The translations under genes and the position numbers were made by a program. The notes below the pieces were generated by a model. The model ran no database searches. It saw nothing but the letters and a program-made list of their open reading frames with translations, and was not told the origin of the DNA. A stretch of 64,000 nucleotides of DNA from Thermodesulfobacteriota bacterium (lineage in GTDB: Bacteria; Desulfobacterota_D; UBA1144; Nemesobacterales; UBA2774): positions 1,376,001-1,440,000 of the forward strand of contig OY729416.1 of the NCBI GenBank assembly GCA_963422265.1, written 5' to 3'. The number at the start of each line of letters is the position of its first letter. Within the stretch, counting starts at the first letter, position 1. Of the stretch, positions 21,318 to 31,859 are shown one piece after another.

Positions 21318-22343
21318 ATGTCTAAACATATTATTGGACTTGTACTTATAGACGCACCGTTTTCGGCTCTTAATAACGCAGGGACAGAAGCCTCTCAATC
21401 AACTGAAAACATAGTTGCTGTAAAAACATTAAGAAAGGGGCGGAATGTGTATCCCTATGTATCAGGACAGGCTTGGAGAAATTGGTGGAGGATTACTCTT
21501 GAGAAAGAACTTGTATGGAATCTTTCTCCCATTACACGGGGAACGAAAACAGCTTTTACTGCTGCAGATCCGGTGGAATATCCTGATGACGATCTTTTTG
21601 GTTATATGCGTGCGCAGTCAGAAGAGGTTCACCAAGAAGGCAAGAAGCCTAAAAAACAAAACATTACAGTTACTCGTTTATCTCCTCTCAAATGTTCTCC
21701 TCTTATCTCAATTGAGTCTCAACAGCCAACTAACGACTTTGGAGTTATGGCACGACAAGAGGACAATCCTGTTCCTTATGAACATCAATTTTATTCAACT
21801 GTCTTAAAAGGAATTTTTTCACTTGATTTAAGCGCCGTCGGCACATTTTGGAACGTTAATAAAACGGGTTACAAAAATGTCTCTGAACAATATGCCGAAA
21901 AGATCAGAGAAAACGGTGGAATACAGTCTGATGATAAAACTCATTGGATTCTGCCAAAAGATATACGGCTAAAAAGAAGCAAAGACGTAATTAAGGCTTT
22001 GTCTGTAATAAGCGGTGGGGCGAATTTAACCTCTCATCTAACGGATGTTACACCTAAGTTAATAATTCTTGGAGTAAATGAGGGTGGAAATCATCCATTT
22101 ATGCATCTGGTGGTAGAGAAACAAGGGAAAGGTGAATTTAGCATTCCAGCATTTAAGCAGGTTTTAGAAGATTATAAGGATAGGCTGGATTCTATCTACG
22201 TAGGGAGGAGAGAAGGTTTTATGGATGAGCTAGATGACTCTCTAACTAATCTCGCCAAATATAATGAACGAGTGATCTACAGTTCGCCTAATAATGTTAT
22301 TAGTGAACTGACCGAAAGCCTTGGACAATACTTAGATGGGTAG
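21318..22343 (+). CDS. cas7: Cas7 (Cst2/DevR family)
   Basis: YPYVSGQAWR, DDLFGYMRA, VTRLSPL. Confidence 0.93.
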   Translation: MSKHIIGLVLIDAPFSALNNAGTEASQSTENIVAVKTLRKGRNVYPYVSGQAWRNWWRITLEKELVWNLSPITRGTKTAFTAADPVEYPDDDLFGYMRAQSEEVHQEGKKPKKQNITVTRLSPLKCSPLISIESQQPTNDFGVMARQEDNPVPYEHQFYSTVLKGIFSLDLSAVGTFWNVNKTGYKNVSEQYAEKIRENGGIQSDDKTHWILPKDIRLKRSKDVIKALSVISGGANLTSHLTDVTPKLIILGVNEGGNHPFMHLVVEKQGKGEFSIPAFKQVLEDYKDRLDSIYVGRREGFMDELDDSLTNLAKYNERVIYSSPNNVISELTESLGQYLDG

Positions 22344-22362
22344 GTAAGAAGGCAAGTAACCA

Positions 22363-22989
22363 ATGGAAGTCCTAAGGATTCACATAACGGGTTGGGTTGC
22401 TTCATTTCGCAACCCTTTATTTGTAAGTGGGTATCAGCCTACTTTATCTGTTCCACCAGTTTCGACCGTTTACGGTTTAATCTCGGCAGCTTACGGAGAC
22501 TACATAACTCCTGGCCGAGCAAACATAGGGTATGTTTTTCACAGTGAAGGTAGAGCAGTTGATTTGGAAACCATATATGAATTTGGGGGAGGTTTAGATG
22601 CAAAGCCCAACATCATAAAACGTGAATTTCTCTTATCACCGCATCTATATATCTATACCCCAGATATATGGTTGAAAGAAGTATTTGAGGAACCTCATTA
22701 TCCTTTACTATTGGGTCGTTCCACAGAACTTGCAACAGTTGAATCAATAGAAAAGATCGTATTAAAAAAAGTAACCGAAACAAATTATTGTGGCACCCTG
22801 ATACCATTTCCAAATGACCAAATATCTGGGACTTTGCATGCTCTTCCAACTCACTTTACTCAAGACCAACCTCGTCGTCCCCAGGGTATTCGTGCTTTTC
22901 TTGCTGTTACAAAAAGAAATGGTTACGTAGGGGATGCATGGGAAGATAATGATAAGGGGTGGGGTGTTTATTTTTATGGGAAAGGATAG
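22363..22989 (+). CDS. cas5: Cas5
   Basis: ASFRNP...PTLSVPPVSTVYGLISAA, LLGRS. Confidence 0.93.
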   Translation: MEVLRIHITGWVASFRNPLFVSGYQPTLSVPPVSTVYGLISAAYGDYITPGRANIGYVFHSEGRAVDLETIYEFGGGLDAKPNIIKREFLLSPHLYIYTPDIWLKEVFEEPHYPLLLGRSTELATVESIEKIVLKKVTETNYCGTLIPFPNDQISGTLHALPTHFTQDQPRRPQGIRAFLAVTKRNGYVGDAWEDNDKGWGVYFYGKG

Positions 22990-25231
22990 CTCCGAACCTA
23001 TTCTTGCTAAAAGTGAACCTAAAGAAAGTTTATTAGATCATACCAAGAACTGCATTGAAGTCTATTTGAGCATTAGAGATAGAATGCCGTTCTTGGGAGA
23101 CACATCTGGAAATTCTGATTTCTTTGAACATTTGTATTATGCAGTTGCTTTGCATGATCTAGGAAAAGCCGCAGAAGGTTTTCAGGATCAGCTTAAACCT
23201 AACGGTAGAAGATGGAATTATAGACATGAAATACTATCAGCTGGATTCACAGTTGGAGTGCAGTTGCCAGATATAGCTAAACAGGCAATTGGGCTGTCAG
23301 TCCTTACACACCATAAAGATATTAAAACTCTTAGGAGTAATTATCCATGCTTTCCAGAAAGGAACCCAGGCTTTGCAACTTATCAGAAAAAAGTGAAAGA
23401 AATGAAAGCAAATTGGGAACAAATAATTCAAATTCAAAACTACATAATAAAGATGTGTCCTGAGAACGAATGCCGATTTGAGCCTGTTGAAGATACTGGT
23501 GAAGTAATAAATGCTTACGAAAGTTATCTCTTGCCCTATTATAAGAATATTGAAAACGGGGACTCTACCGACTTACGGAACAACTATGGAATGCTTATGC
23601 GTGGGTGTTTAATTGCATGCGATCATCTGGCTTCGGATAGTTCGGGAGAAAATAAAATAATCTGTGCTTTAGAAAATTTAGATGGAGCTTTAAAAAGTAA
23701 TATTAGGGATAGGAACATAAAATGGAATAGCGTGCAAAAATCCTCTATGGATACTCATGGCAATTTAATGCTTTCTGCTCCTACGGGGTCGGGGAAAACA
23801 GAAGCATCTATGTTATGGAGTAGCATTAATCAGAATAAGACAAATGGTAAGAGAGTATTTTACGTATTGCCTTATACCGCTAGCATAAATGCAATGTATA
23901 AGAGATTGAAAGGAGTATTAACAGGTGAGAGAGTGTGTATGTTGCACGGCAAAGCATCTTACTTTCATTATAGATCTCTTGCTAATTGGGAAGATGATTA
24001 TTTCACAAGGCAAACTACTGTCAAAAAAATACAGAGCTTATCTCGAAAGATATACAGACCATACAAGGTATTAACACCATTCCAATTACTTAAATCTTTT
24101 TTTGGCATCAAGGGTTTTGAAATGCAGTTTGCTGAGATGTCAAATGGATTGTTCATCTTTGATGAAATTCACGCTTACGATGAGCATACCACCGCATTGA
24201 TAATAAAGATGATTGAGAAATTATATAAAGACTACAATGCAAAAATTTGTGTTATGACTGCCACTATGCCTAAATTTCTCAAAGATAAGATTGAAGATGT
24301 TTTTTGTAGAGCGGACTATAATGACGTGGCAATGCCATCAGATGAGAGGAATAAATCATATACGCGTCATAAGGTTAAGATGTTGGGTGATAATATGCTT
24401 GGAGTAATCCCACATATAAAAGAGGAATTAGAGCGCGGCAGAAAAGTAATGGTTGTGTGCAATACGGTAAAGAAGTCACAAGAAGTTTATAAAGAGTTAC
24501 AAGATGACAAGACCAAGTCCGTGCTTATACACAGCAGATTTATTCTGAAGGACAGAGAACGAATAGAGGCCAATTTGAAAGATGTTGATTTAATTGTGGG
24601 GACTCAAGCCGTTGAAGTTTCGCTTGATATTGACTTTGATGTTTTATTTACAGAGCCGGCGCCGTTGGATTCTCTAATTCAAAGGTTTGGCAGGATCAAT
24701 CGTAAGAACAAAAAAGGTATTTGTAATGTATTTATTTGTAAAATAGGGGGTAAAAGTGATAGATATATCTATTCACAGAAAATTGTTGATAAGACAGTTG
24801 AGGTGCTTGTAAATATTGATATTTTATATGAGTCTGAAATACAAGGCTTGATAGACACCGTATATGGTCAAGGGTATACAGAGGTTCAGGAAGAGAAATA
24901 TAATTATATAAGAGATACTTTTGAAACACATTTAAACTCTTTAAATCCATTCATTGAAAATCCCGAAAGTGAGCAAGAGTTTGAAGGATTATTTAAGAGT
25001 GTTGAAGTTGTTCCTGAGCAATTTCAGAATGAGTATTTAGAATGCGTTGATCAGAAAAAATATTATGAATCTATGTCTTATATAACTCAAATATCTCAAC
25101 GACGATTCCAGAGATTAAAGAAGGAAAAGTTGATCAATATTATTGATGGAAACTGTATTGTTAATGTTGGATATGATGAAAAACTCGGATTATTGGTTGA
25201 AAAGGAAAATCATCCGTATAAGGAATTCTAA
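22976..25231 (+). CDS. cas3: Cas3 HD nuclease-helicase
   Basis: LHDLGKA, RHE, APTGSGKTE, DEIH, MTAT, QRFGRINR; start probably MGKDS at 22976. Confidence 0.96.
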   Translation: MGKDSSEPILAKSEPKESLLDHTKNCIEVYLSIRDRMPFLGDTSGNSDFFEHLYYAVALHDLGKAAEGFQDQLKPNGRRWNYRHEILSAGFTVGVQLPDIAKQAIGLSVLTHHKDIKTLRSNYPCFPERNPGFATYQKKVKEMKANWEQIIQIQNYIIKMCPENECRFEPVEDTGEVINAYESYLLPYYKNIENGDSTDLRNNYGMLMRGCLIACDHLASDSSGENKIICALENLDGALKSNIRDRNIKWNSVQKSSMDTHGNLMLSAPTGSGKTEASMLWSSINQNKTNGKRVFYVLPYTASINAMYKRLKGVLTGERVCMLHGKASYFHYRSLANWEDDYFTRQTTVKKIQSLSRKIYRPYKVLTPFQLLKSFFGIKGFEMQFAEMSNGLFIFDEIHAYDEHTTALIIKMIEKLYKDYNAKICVMTATMPKFLKDKIEDVFCRADYNDVAMPSDERNKSYTRHKVKMLGDNMLGVIPHIKEELERGRKVMVVCNTVKKSQEVYKELQDDKTKSVLIHSRFILKDRERIEANLKDVDLIVGTQAVEVSLDIDFDVLFTEPAPLDSLIQRFGRINRKNKKGICNVFICKIGGKSDRYIYSQKIVDKTVEVLVNIDILYESEIQGLIDTVYGQGYTEVQEEKYNYIRDTFETHLNSLNPFIENPESEQEFEGLFKSVEVVPEQFQNEYLECVDQKKYYESMSYITQISQRRFQRLKKEKLINIIDGNCIVNVGYDEKLGLLVEKENHPYKEF

Positions 25232-25732
25232 GTGAATGAGGTAGCAATTACTGGAAATATAGTCCAATACTATTTCATTTGTAAGAGGAAAATATGGCTT
25301 AGTTCAAGACAAATATCGCCTGACCAAGATAATGCCCACTTAGAATTAGGCAGATTCATAAGCGAAACCACGTATAAAAGAAATAAAAAAGAGATTAGAT
25401 TAGAAAACATTATCGTTGACCTTTCAAAACTTGATAGTGAAAAGGTGGTTGTCGGAGAAGTAAAAAAAAGCTCCAAAGCTTCGGAAGCAGCTAGGATGCA
25501 GCTTGCGTTTTATCTTTACACCCTAAGAGAATATGGGATAGATGCTGAAGGCGAGCTTCTTTTTCCAAAGGAGAAGAAAAAGGAAAAGGTGCTTTTAGAT
25601 GAAGGGCTTACACAGAAACTTGAAAATGCAATTGAGGAGATAAAAACCATCGCAGCAGGAGATGTGCCACCGCCTGCGGTTAAAATCAGATATTGCACGA
25701 ACTGCGCCTACAGGGAGTTTTGCTGGAGCTAG
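25232..25732 (+). CDS. cas4: Cas4
   Basis: YYFICKRKIW, EVKKS, QLAFYL, CTNCAYREFCW. Confidence 0.95.
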   Translation: MNEVAITGNIVQYYFICKRKIWLSSRQISPDQDNAHLELGRFISETTYKRNKKEIRLENIIVDLSKLDSEKVVVGEVKKSSKASEAARMQLAFYLYTLREYGIDAEGELLFPKEKKKEKVLLDEGLTQKLENAIEEIKTIAAGDVPPPAVKIRYCTNCAYREFCWS

Positions 25733-25775
25733 TTTGGACTTTAGTGGAATAATCGTTCAACAACTTTATCTTTAC

Positions 25776-25960
25776 TCACTCCTCTCTTACTATATGCAAT
25801 CGTACTAAAGAAGGAGCGGACTCATCGGAATCATAATGATACTTTAGAGCATCTTTTATATTACTTCTTAGCTTCTTCAAGAGTGTCACCTTCGGTAAAT
25901 ATAGAATAACCAAGTGCTCTTGCCGTATATCCACCTTCTGGATCATCTTCTACCATAAAC
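25776..25960 (-). pseudogene. HicB-like antitoxin remnant
   Basis: Minus-strand FMVEDDPEGGYTARALGYSIFTEGDTLEEAK, frameshift, then NIKDALKYHY...VRLHIVREE. Confidence 0.65.
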
Positions 25961-26017
25961 TACCTTACAATTCCGGTGCTTTTGCAAAGTTGATATCTAT
26001 ACGCCATATTATAGTTT

Positions 26018-26395
26018 ATGAGAAGAACCCAGCTTTATTTGAAAGAAGAGCAGTGCGATTATCTGTTAAAAGAGTCCCTTAATAAATGGAAAAACATTGC
26101 GGGGATTATAAGAGAATTGATAGACGTTAGTATCTCTTCAGAACGGAATAAATTGGGGCGCAGATCTTTCTGGAACGTCTGCGAAGACGGCTTTTTAACC
26201 GGGATCAAAAACGGATCAGTTTCTCATGACAAGTTTATATATATAAATCTAAATTGGATATTGATGAATAGCAAGAGAGTTTTTATTGATACAAGTGCGT
26301 TTATTGCATTAACCCGATCGCACAAATTTTTCAATTTACAATAGATTAAGAATAAGAGAAGTTTTCGCATTTGATGTGCATTTTACCAGTTTGGC
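26018..26395 (+). pseudogene. Decayed RHH antitoxin plus internally deleted PIN (VapC) toxin
   Basis: MRRTQLYL..IIRELID (RHH-like); VFIDTSAFIAL (PIN N-terminus); IREVFAFDVHF (PIN C-terminus) only about 50 nt later. Confidence 0.7.
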
Positions 26396-26437
26396 AAGTT
26401 AAAAATCATTGATAATTATACTAAGAATAGCTAGCAG

Positions 26438-27439
26438 ATGGCTAATAGAATATTTATTTTCAGCAACGGGGAACTAAAGAGAAAGCAGAACACACTTTTC
26501 TTTGAGAATGGGGATGGCGAGAAAAAGTATATTCCCGTTGAAACTACTCAGGAGTTGATGGTGTTCGGGGAGGTAAGTCTTAATAAAAAGTTTCTGGATT
26601 TCGCTTCACAGAACCAGATGATCCTTCACTTCTTTAACTATTACGGCTATTACTCAGGAAGCTACTATCCGAGGGAACACCTAAACTCGGGACACATGAT
26701 CCTAAGGCAGGCGGAAGCTTACCTTGGTACGGATAGAAGAATAGGGATTGCGCGAAAGATTGTTCAAGGTGCAGTCCGGAATATTCTTAAAGTTATTGAT
26801 TACTACGTAAGAAGAAAAGAGGATGAACAAGTTAGAGAAGTAAGGTTTCAAATAGATGACCTTTATGCAAAAATTGCTGATCAGGATTCGACAGACACGC
26901 TGATGGCTATTGAGGGAAATATAAGAGACAGATACTACTCTGCCTTTGACAAGATTGTTGAAAACGACACTTTTAAATTTGAAAGTAGGACGAGACGCCC
27001 TCCCAAAAATAGGATGAATGCTTTAATCAGTTTTGGAAATTCACTCCTTTATACAACCGTGCTTAGCGAAATTTATAAAACTCACCTTGATCCTCGTATC
27101 GGTTTTCTTCACACGACCAATTTCAGAAGGTTTAGTTTGAACCTTGACATAGCAGAGATATTTAAGCCCGTGCTCGTTGATAGAATGCTGTTTTCCTTGA
27201 TAAACAAAGGCGAGCTGAAGGCTAAACATTTTGAGAAGAGGATGGGAGGAGTGGTTATGAATGAGAGTGGAATGAAGATTTTTTCAAAGGAATTTGAAGA
27301 GAGGCTTCAAAGAACCGTGAAACACAGAAAGATTGGCAAGCCCGTATCAAACAGAAGGCTCATGAGGCTTGAGCTTTATAAGCTGGAAAAGCACCTGATC
27401 GGCGAAGAAGAATATAAGCCCTTTGTATGGGAGTGGTAA
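26438..27439 (+). CDS. cas1: Cas1 (type I-B)
   Basis: FFNYYGYYSGSYYP, NALISFGNSLLY, FSLNLDIAEIFKP. Confidence 0.97.
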   Translation: MANRIFIFSNGELKRKQNTLFFENGDGEKKYIPVETTQELMVFGEVSLNKKFLDFASQNQMILHFFNYYGYYSGSYYPREHLNSGHMILRQAEAYLGTDRRIGIARKIVQGAVRNILKVIDYYVRRKEDEQVREVRFQIDDLYAKIADQDSTDTLMAIEGNIRDRYYSAFDKIVENDTFKFESRTRRPPKNRMNALISFGNSLLYTTVLSEIYKTHLDPRIGFLHTTNFRRFSLNLDIAEIFKPVLVDRMLFSLINKGELKAKHFEKRMGGVVMNESGMKIFSKEFEERLQRTVKHRKIGKPVSNRRLMRLELYKLEKHLIGEEEYKPFVWEW

Positions 27440-27443
27440 AGCA

Positions 27444-27707
27444 ATGTTCGTGATACTTGTTTATGATGTGGGGCAGAAGAGGGTCGCCAAAGTTTTAAGG
27501 ACTAGCAGAAAGTATCTTAACTGGGTTCAAAACTCGGTTTTGGAAGGAGAGCTTACAAAAGCGCAATACGAAACCTTAAAGTTCGAATTAAATGGTATAA
27601 TAAAAGAGAAGTATGATTCTCTTATCTTTTATACTTTTAGAACGAGGAAGTATTCTCTAAGGGAGTTAATTGGGGTTCAAAAAGGTGGAGAAGAGGTATT
27701 TATCTAA
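27444..27707 (+). CDS. cas2: Cas2
   Basis: MFVILVYDV, WVQNSVLEG. Confidence 0.96.
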   Translation: MFVILVYDVGQKRVAKVLRTSRKYLNWVQNSVLEGELTKAQYETLKFELNGIIKEKYDSLIFYTFRTRKYSLRELIGVQKGGEEVFI

Positions 27708-27896
27708 GGTTTGAGTTTGCTTCGGTATCTTCAGTCTATGTGTAATAAAGTAAAAATGGCGGTTCTTTGACTGAATGCTACTTTTTATATATGTTAAATG
27801 ATTTGAGGCTGTTGTAACTCGTGTCGATTTTAATTAGAGGATCATTATACCGCTCTTTGAAAACTAAATATTCAATAGTTTCAGTGGATGGGATGC
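27708..27896 (+). promoter_or_regulatory. CRISPR leader
   Basis: AT-rich non-coding segment between cas2 and the first repeat. Confidence 0.75.
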
Positions 27897-30800
27897 CTTT
27901 TTTGACTACCTATAAGGGATTGAAACAGCGTAAACTTAGATCACTTTTCAAAGCCATTTTCAACTTTTTTGACTACCTATAAGGGATTGAAACCTGTGCA
28001 TCTGTAATTTACCTCCATTTTACAACCTCCTTTCTTTTTTGACTACCTATAAGGGATTGAAACATCACTAAAATTTGGCATCTCGCCTCCTTATGGCGGC
28101 TTTTTTGACTACCTATAAGGGATTGAAACTCCCCTTCCCGGATCGCCTCGCCGTAGCCGTCCCCGACTTTTTTGACTACCTATAAGGGATTGAAACTTGT
28201 CGATCTTCAGGGGAGCGTAGCAGTTCGTTCTCCCTTTTTTGACTACCTATAAGGGATTGAAACTTGCCATTGCGGTACGCTCCCCCATAGCCGTCCCCTC
28301 TTTTTTGACTACCTATAAGGGATTGAAACTCGAAAATATCCCCCGCTCCTAAATTACGGGTACCTTCTTTTTTGACTACCTATAAGGGATTGAAACCTGC
28401 CTTCACGGCGCGCACTACAGGCGCCGCCGCCAACTTTTTTGACTACCTATAAGGGATTGAAACTAGAGATTTTGCTCGGGTCGAAAGAATCGGGGGTTGC
28501 TTTTTTGACTACCTATAAGGGATTGAAACGTAATTCGCATAATACAACCTCCTAGTAATTTGATTGCTTTTTTGACTACCTATAAGGGATTGAAACTGAT
28601 GGTGGCAGCGTCGAAAGAAGAAATTGAAAGTGACTTTTTTGACTACCTATAAGGGATTGAAACGCATAAGGAGGTAGGACATGAAAGATATCAGAGGATA
28701 TCTTTTTTGACTACCTATAAGGGATTGAAACACTCTCCCGTATGTCCAGGCCACGAGAGCGAGCCGTCCTTTTTTGACTACCTATAAGGGATTGAAACTT
28801 GCCATTGCGGTACGCTCCCCCATAGCCGTCCCCTGCTTTTTTGACTACCTATAAGGGATTGAAACTTGTCCTGTGCCTCGTCCAACAGAGAGTAAACCCA
28901 GTCCTTTTTTGACTACCTATAAGGGATTGAAACCTCGTAATCTCGCTCTGCCTTTTCTAGAGCATCGCCCCTTTTTTGACTACCTATAAGGGATTGAAAC
29001 AGTTGAAATGAATTCTAAATGTTCGAATCCAGTCATTCTTTTTTGACTACCTATAAGGGATTGAAACTAGAGGTGGACTACCTCTACGATGAAATTGAAG
29101 AAGACTTTTTTGACTACCTATAAGGGATTGAAACGTTGTCGTTCGCCTCGTCCAACAGGGCGTAAACCCAGCTTTTTTGACTACCTATAAGGGATTGAAA
29201 CTGATTGGACTTAACCCTACACACTTCTCGGGTCACCTTTTTTGACTACCTATAAGGGATTGAAACTGAAGATCGACAATGGCTGTGGGAAGAGGCAATC
29301 GCCTTTTTTGACTACCTATAAGGGATTGAAACTAAAAATAATGATTAAGCCAATCTTCACAATCGCCAACTTTTTTGACTACCTATAAGGGATTGAAACA
29401 GACAATTCCCTCGTACCTATCTCTGCGGAGTAGTTTACTTTTTTGACTACCTATAAGGGATTGAAACAATAGTATAAAGTATACTATCTACATATCAAAC
29501 AAGACTTCTTTGACTACCTATAAGGGATTGAAACCCGTTTTTGCTTCGTTTTTCTCACAGGGGCGTTCATGGCTTCTTTGACTACCTATAAGGGATTGAA
29601 ACTCCCCGATGTGCCACGCGTGCCCGTCGCCGTCCCCCTCCTTCTTTGACTACCTATAAGGGATTGAAACACATTGAATCAGCATAAGAAGGATTAGCCT
29701 TGTCCACTTCTTTGACTACCTATAAGGGATTGAAACTCTCAAGTCTCTTGTTACGACTGGTCGTGTTCGGAAGCTTCTTTGACTACCTATAAGGGATTGA
29801 AACAACAATAGAATAGTTAATAAAATGATTATAATCATAACTTCTTTGACTACCTATAAGGGATTGAAACTGCGATACGAGTTTCCTTTGCCTTCGCCAT
29901 CATGGCCTTCTTTGACTACCTATAAGGGATTGAAACTCAAGAACAATTTTTTTATTTCTGATCCCATCAGGGACTTCTTTGACTACCTATAAGGGATTGA
30001 AACCGATTCTACCCTCAGAATCGCGATAGGTTTGATGCGGCTTCTTTGACTACCTATAAGGGATTGAAACTGTTCTTTCCTCCTTATGCGGGCGGTTTAT
30101 ACGCCCCTTCTTTGACTACCTATAAGGGATTGAAACTATTTCTAATGGGTACGGGATCCTCGGGGAGGCAAGCTTCTTTGACTACCTATAAGGGATTGAA
30201 ACTGCCTTCTTCTGCTGCAGGTAGCCCTGTAGTTTGGCCCTTCTTTGACTACCTATAAGGGATTGAAACCCTTGTGCCAAAACGCAGTTTTCATATTGTG
30301 TCCGTCTTCTTTGACTACCTATAAGGGATTGAAACATCGGCACTTTGAGAGAAGAAGATCGACAAGCGTTAGCTTCTTTGACTACCTATAAGGGATTGAA
30401 ACTAGAAAAGGATTGTGCTCGTATAGATAAACTACTTCCTTCTTTGACTACCTATAAGGGATTGAAACTGGGAACGGACTTTGTGAAAAGAGCTCAAGGC
30501 GGGACTTCTTTGACTACCTATAAGGGATTGAAACCGTCGTCGATCAACTCGTTCAACAGCGCGTAAACCGCCTTCTTTGACTACCTATAAGGGATTGAAA
30601 CGCGCCCATATGACCTATACCGGTCTGAAGTCCACGAGCTTCTTTGACTACCTATAAGGGATTGAAACTGATTCTTCAGATCCCAGTAAAATTTCTACAG
30701 GTTGGCTTCTTTGACTACCTATAAGGGATTGAAACCCCGTAACGGCGGCGGGGCGTAATTGGTAATTTTACTTCTTTGACTACCTATAAGGGATTGAAAC

Positions 30801-31733
30801 GCATAGGAGGAAAGAAATAGGAGGTAATAAAATGTATCTTCTTTGACTACCTATAAGGGATTGAAACCATTGTGCCAAAACGCAGTTTTCCAATTCTGCC
30901 CGTCCCTTCTTTGACTACCTATAAGGGATTGAAACCCCGTAACGGCGGCGGGGCGTAATTGGTAATTTTACTTCTTTGACTACCTATAAGGGATTGAAAC
31001 CTCTACAAAATAGTACGATTTGAAGAAGGTTCCACATTCTTCTTTGACTACCTATAAGGGATTGAAACTTGCAAGGAAAGCTCAAACGGGTGTCTGGATT
31101 AGGGCTTCTTTGACTACCTATAAGGGATTGAAACGTCGTGTTCGTGATAGAATCCAGAAAGTAGAGCAATCCTTCTTTGACTACCTATAAGGGATTGAAA
31201 CACGTAGAAACTGGCAGCCAGCCATATGAAACCGCCGCCTTCTTTGACTACCTATAAGGGATTGAAACTGCGATACGAGTTTCCTTTTCCTTTGCCATCG
31301 TGGCACTTCTTTGACTACCTATAAGGGATTGAAACTGGAAATGTTATCTTAAGATGCCTGGAGTGGTTCATTCTTCTTTGACTACCTATAAGGGATTGAA
31401 ACTCCGAAAAACAGGTATCCACACATTTTCCATCTTCTCCTTCTTTGACTACCTATAAGGGATTGAAACTGAGCAAAGTCATAGACGAAGCAGGCGACAA
31501 GTCAACTTCTTTGACTACCTATAAGGGATTGAAACTGGAAATGTTATCTCAAAATGCCTGGCGTTGTTCATCTTCTTTGACTACCTATAAGGGATTGAAA
31601 CGCGCGAACTCCCGGAACATCTGTCTGACTTTGTCGCTTCTTTGACTACCTATAAGGGATTGAAACGCAGGATCGAGTAGCCTTAGAATCATATGTTGCG
31701 ATTCTTCTTTGACTACCTATAAGGGATTGAAAC
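27897..31733 (+). CRISPR. CRISPR array, 58 repeats / 57 spacers, repeat CTT(T/C)TTTGACTACCTATAAGGGATTGAAAC
   Basis: Direct count of 30-nt repeats, spacers 35-40 nt; the 3' ATTGAAAC handle and the leader position give orientation. Confidence 0.99.
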
Positions 31734-31859
31734 CGCACTGAGGTAGTGGTAGTGGCGCGTGCGGGGGGTTGGGTAATACCTACGAAGCGGCCTCTGAGCC
31801 TTTGGAAAGAGCCATAATGATGAGAAAAGCGACGCTGACTTCCTCTGGACGAGAGATAA

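Noticed and set aside
28866-31571. Diversity-generating retroelement as the source of variant spacers
   Set aside because: Differences are not confined to adenines, several are synonymous, and no reverse transcriptase is in the window
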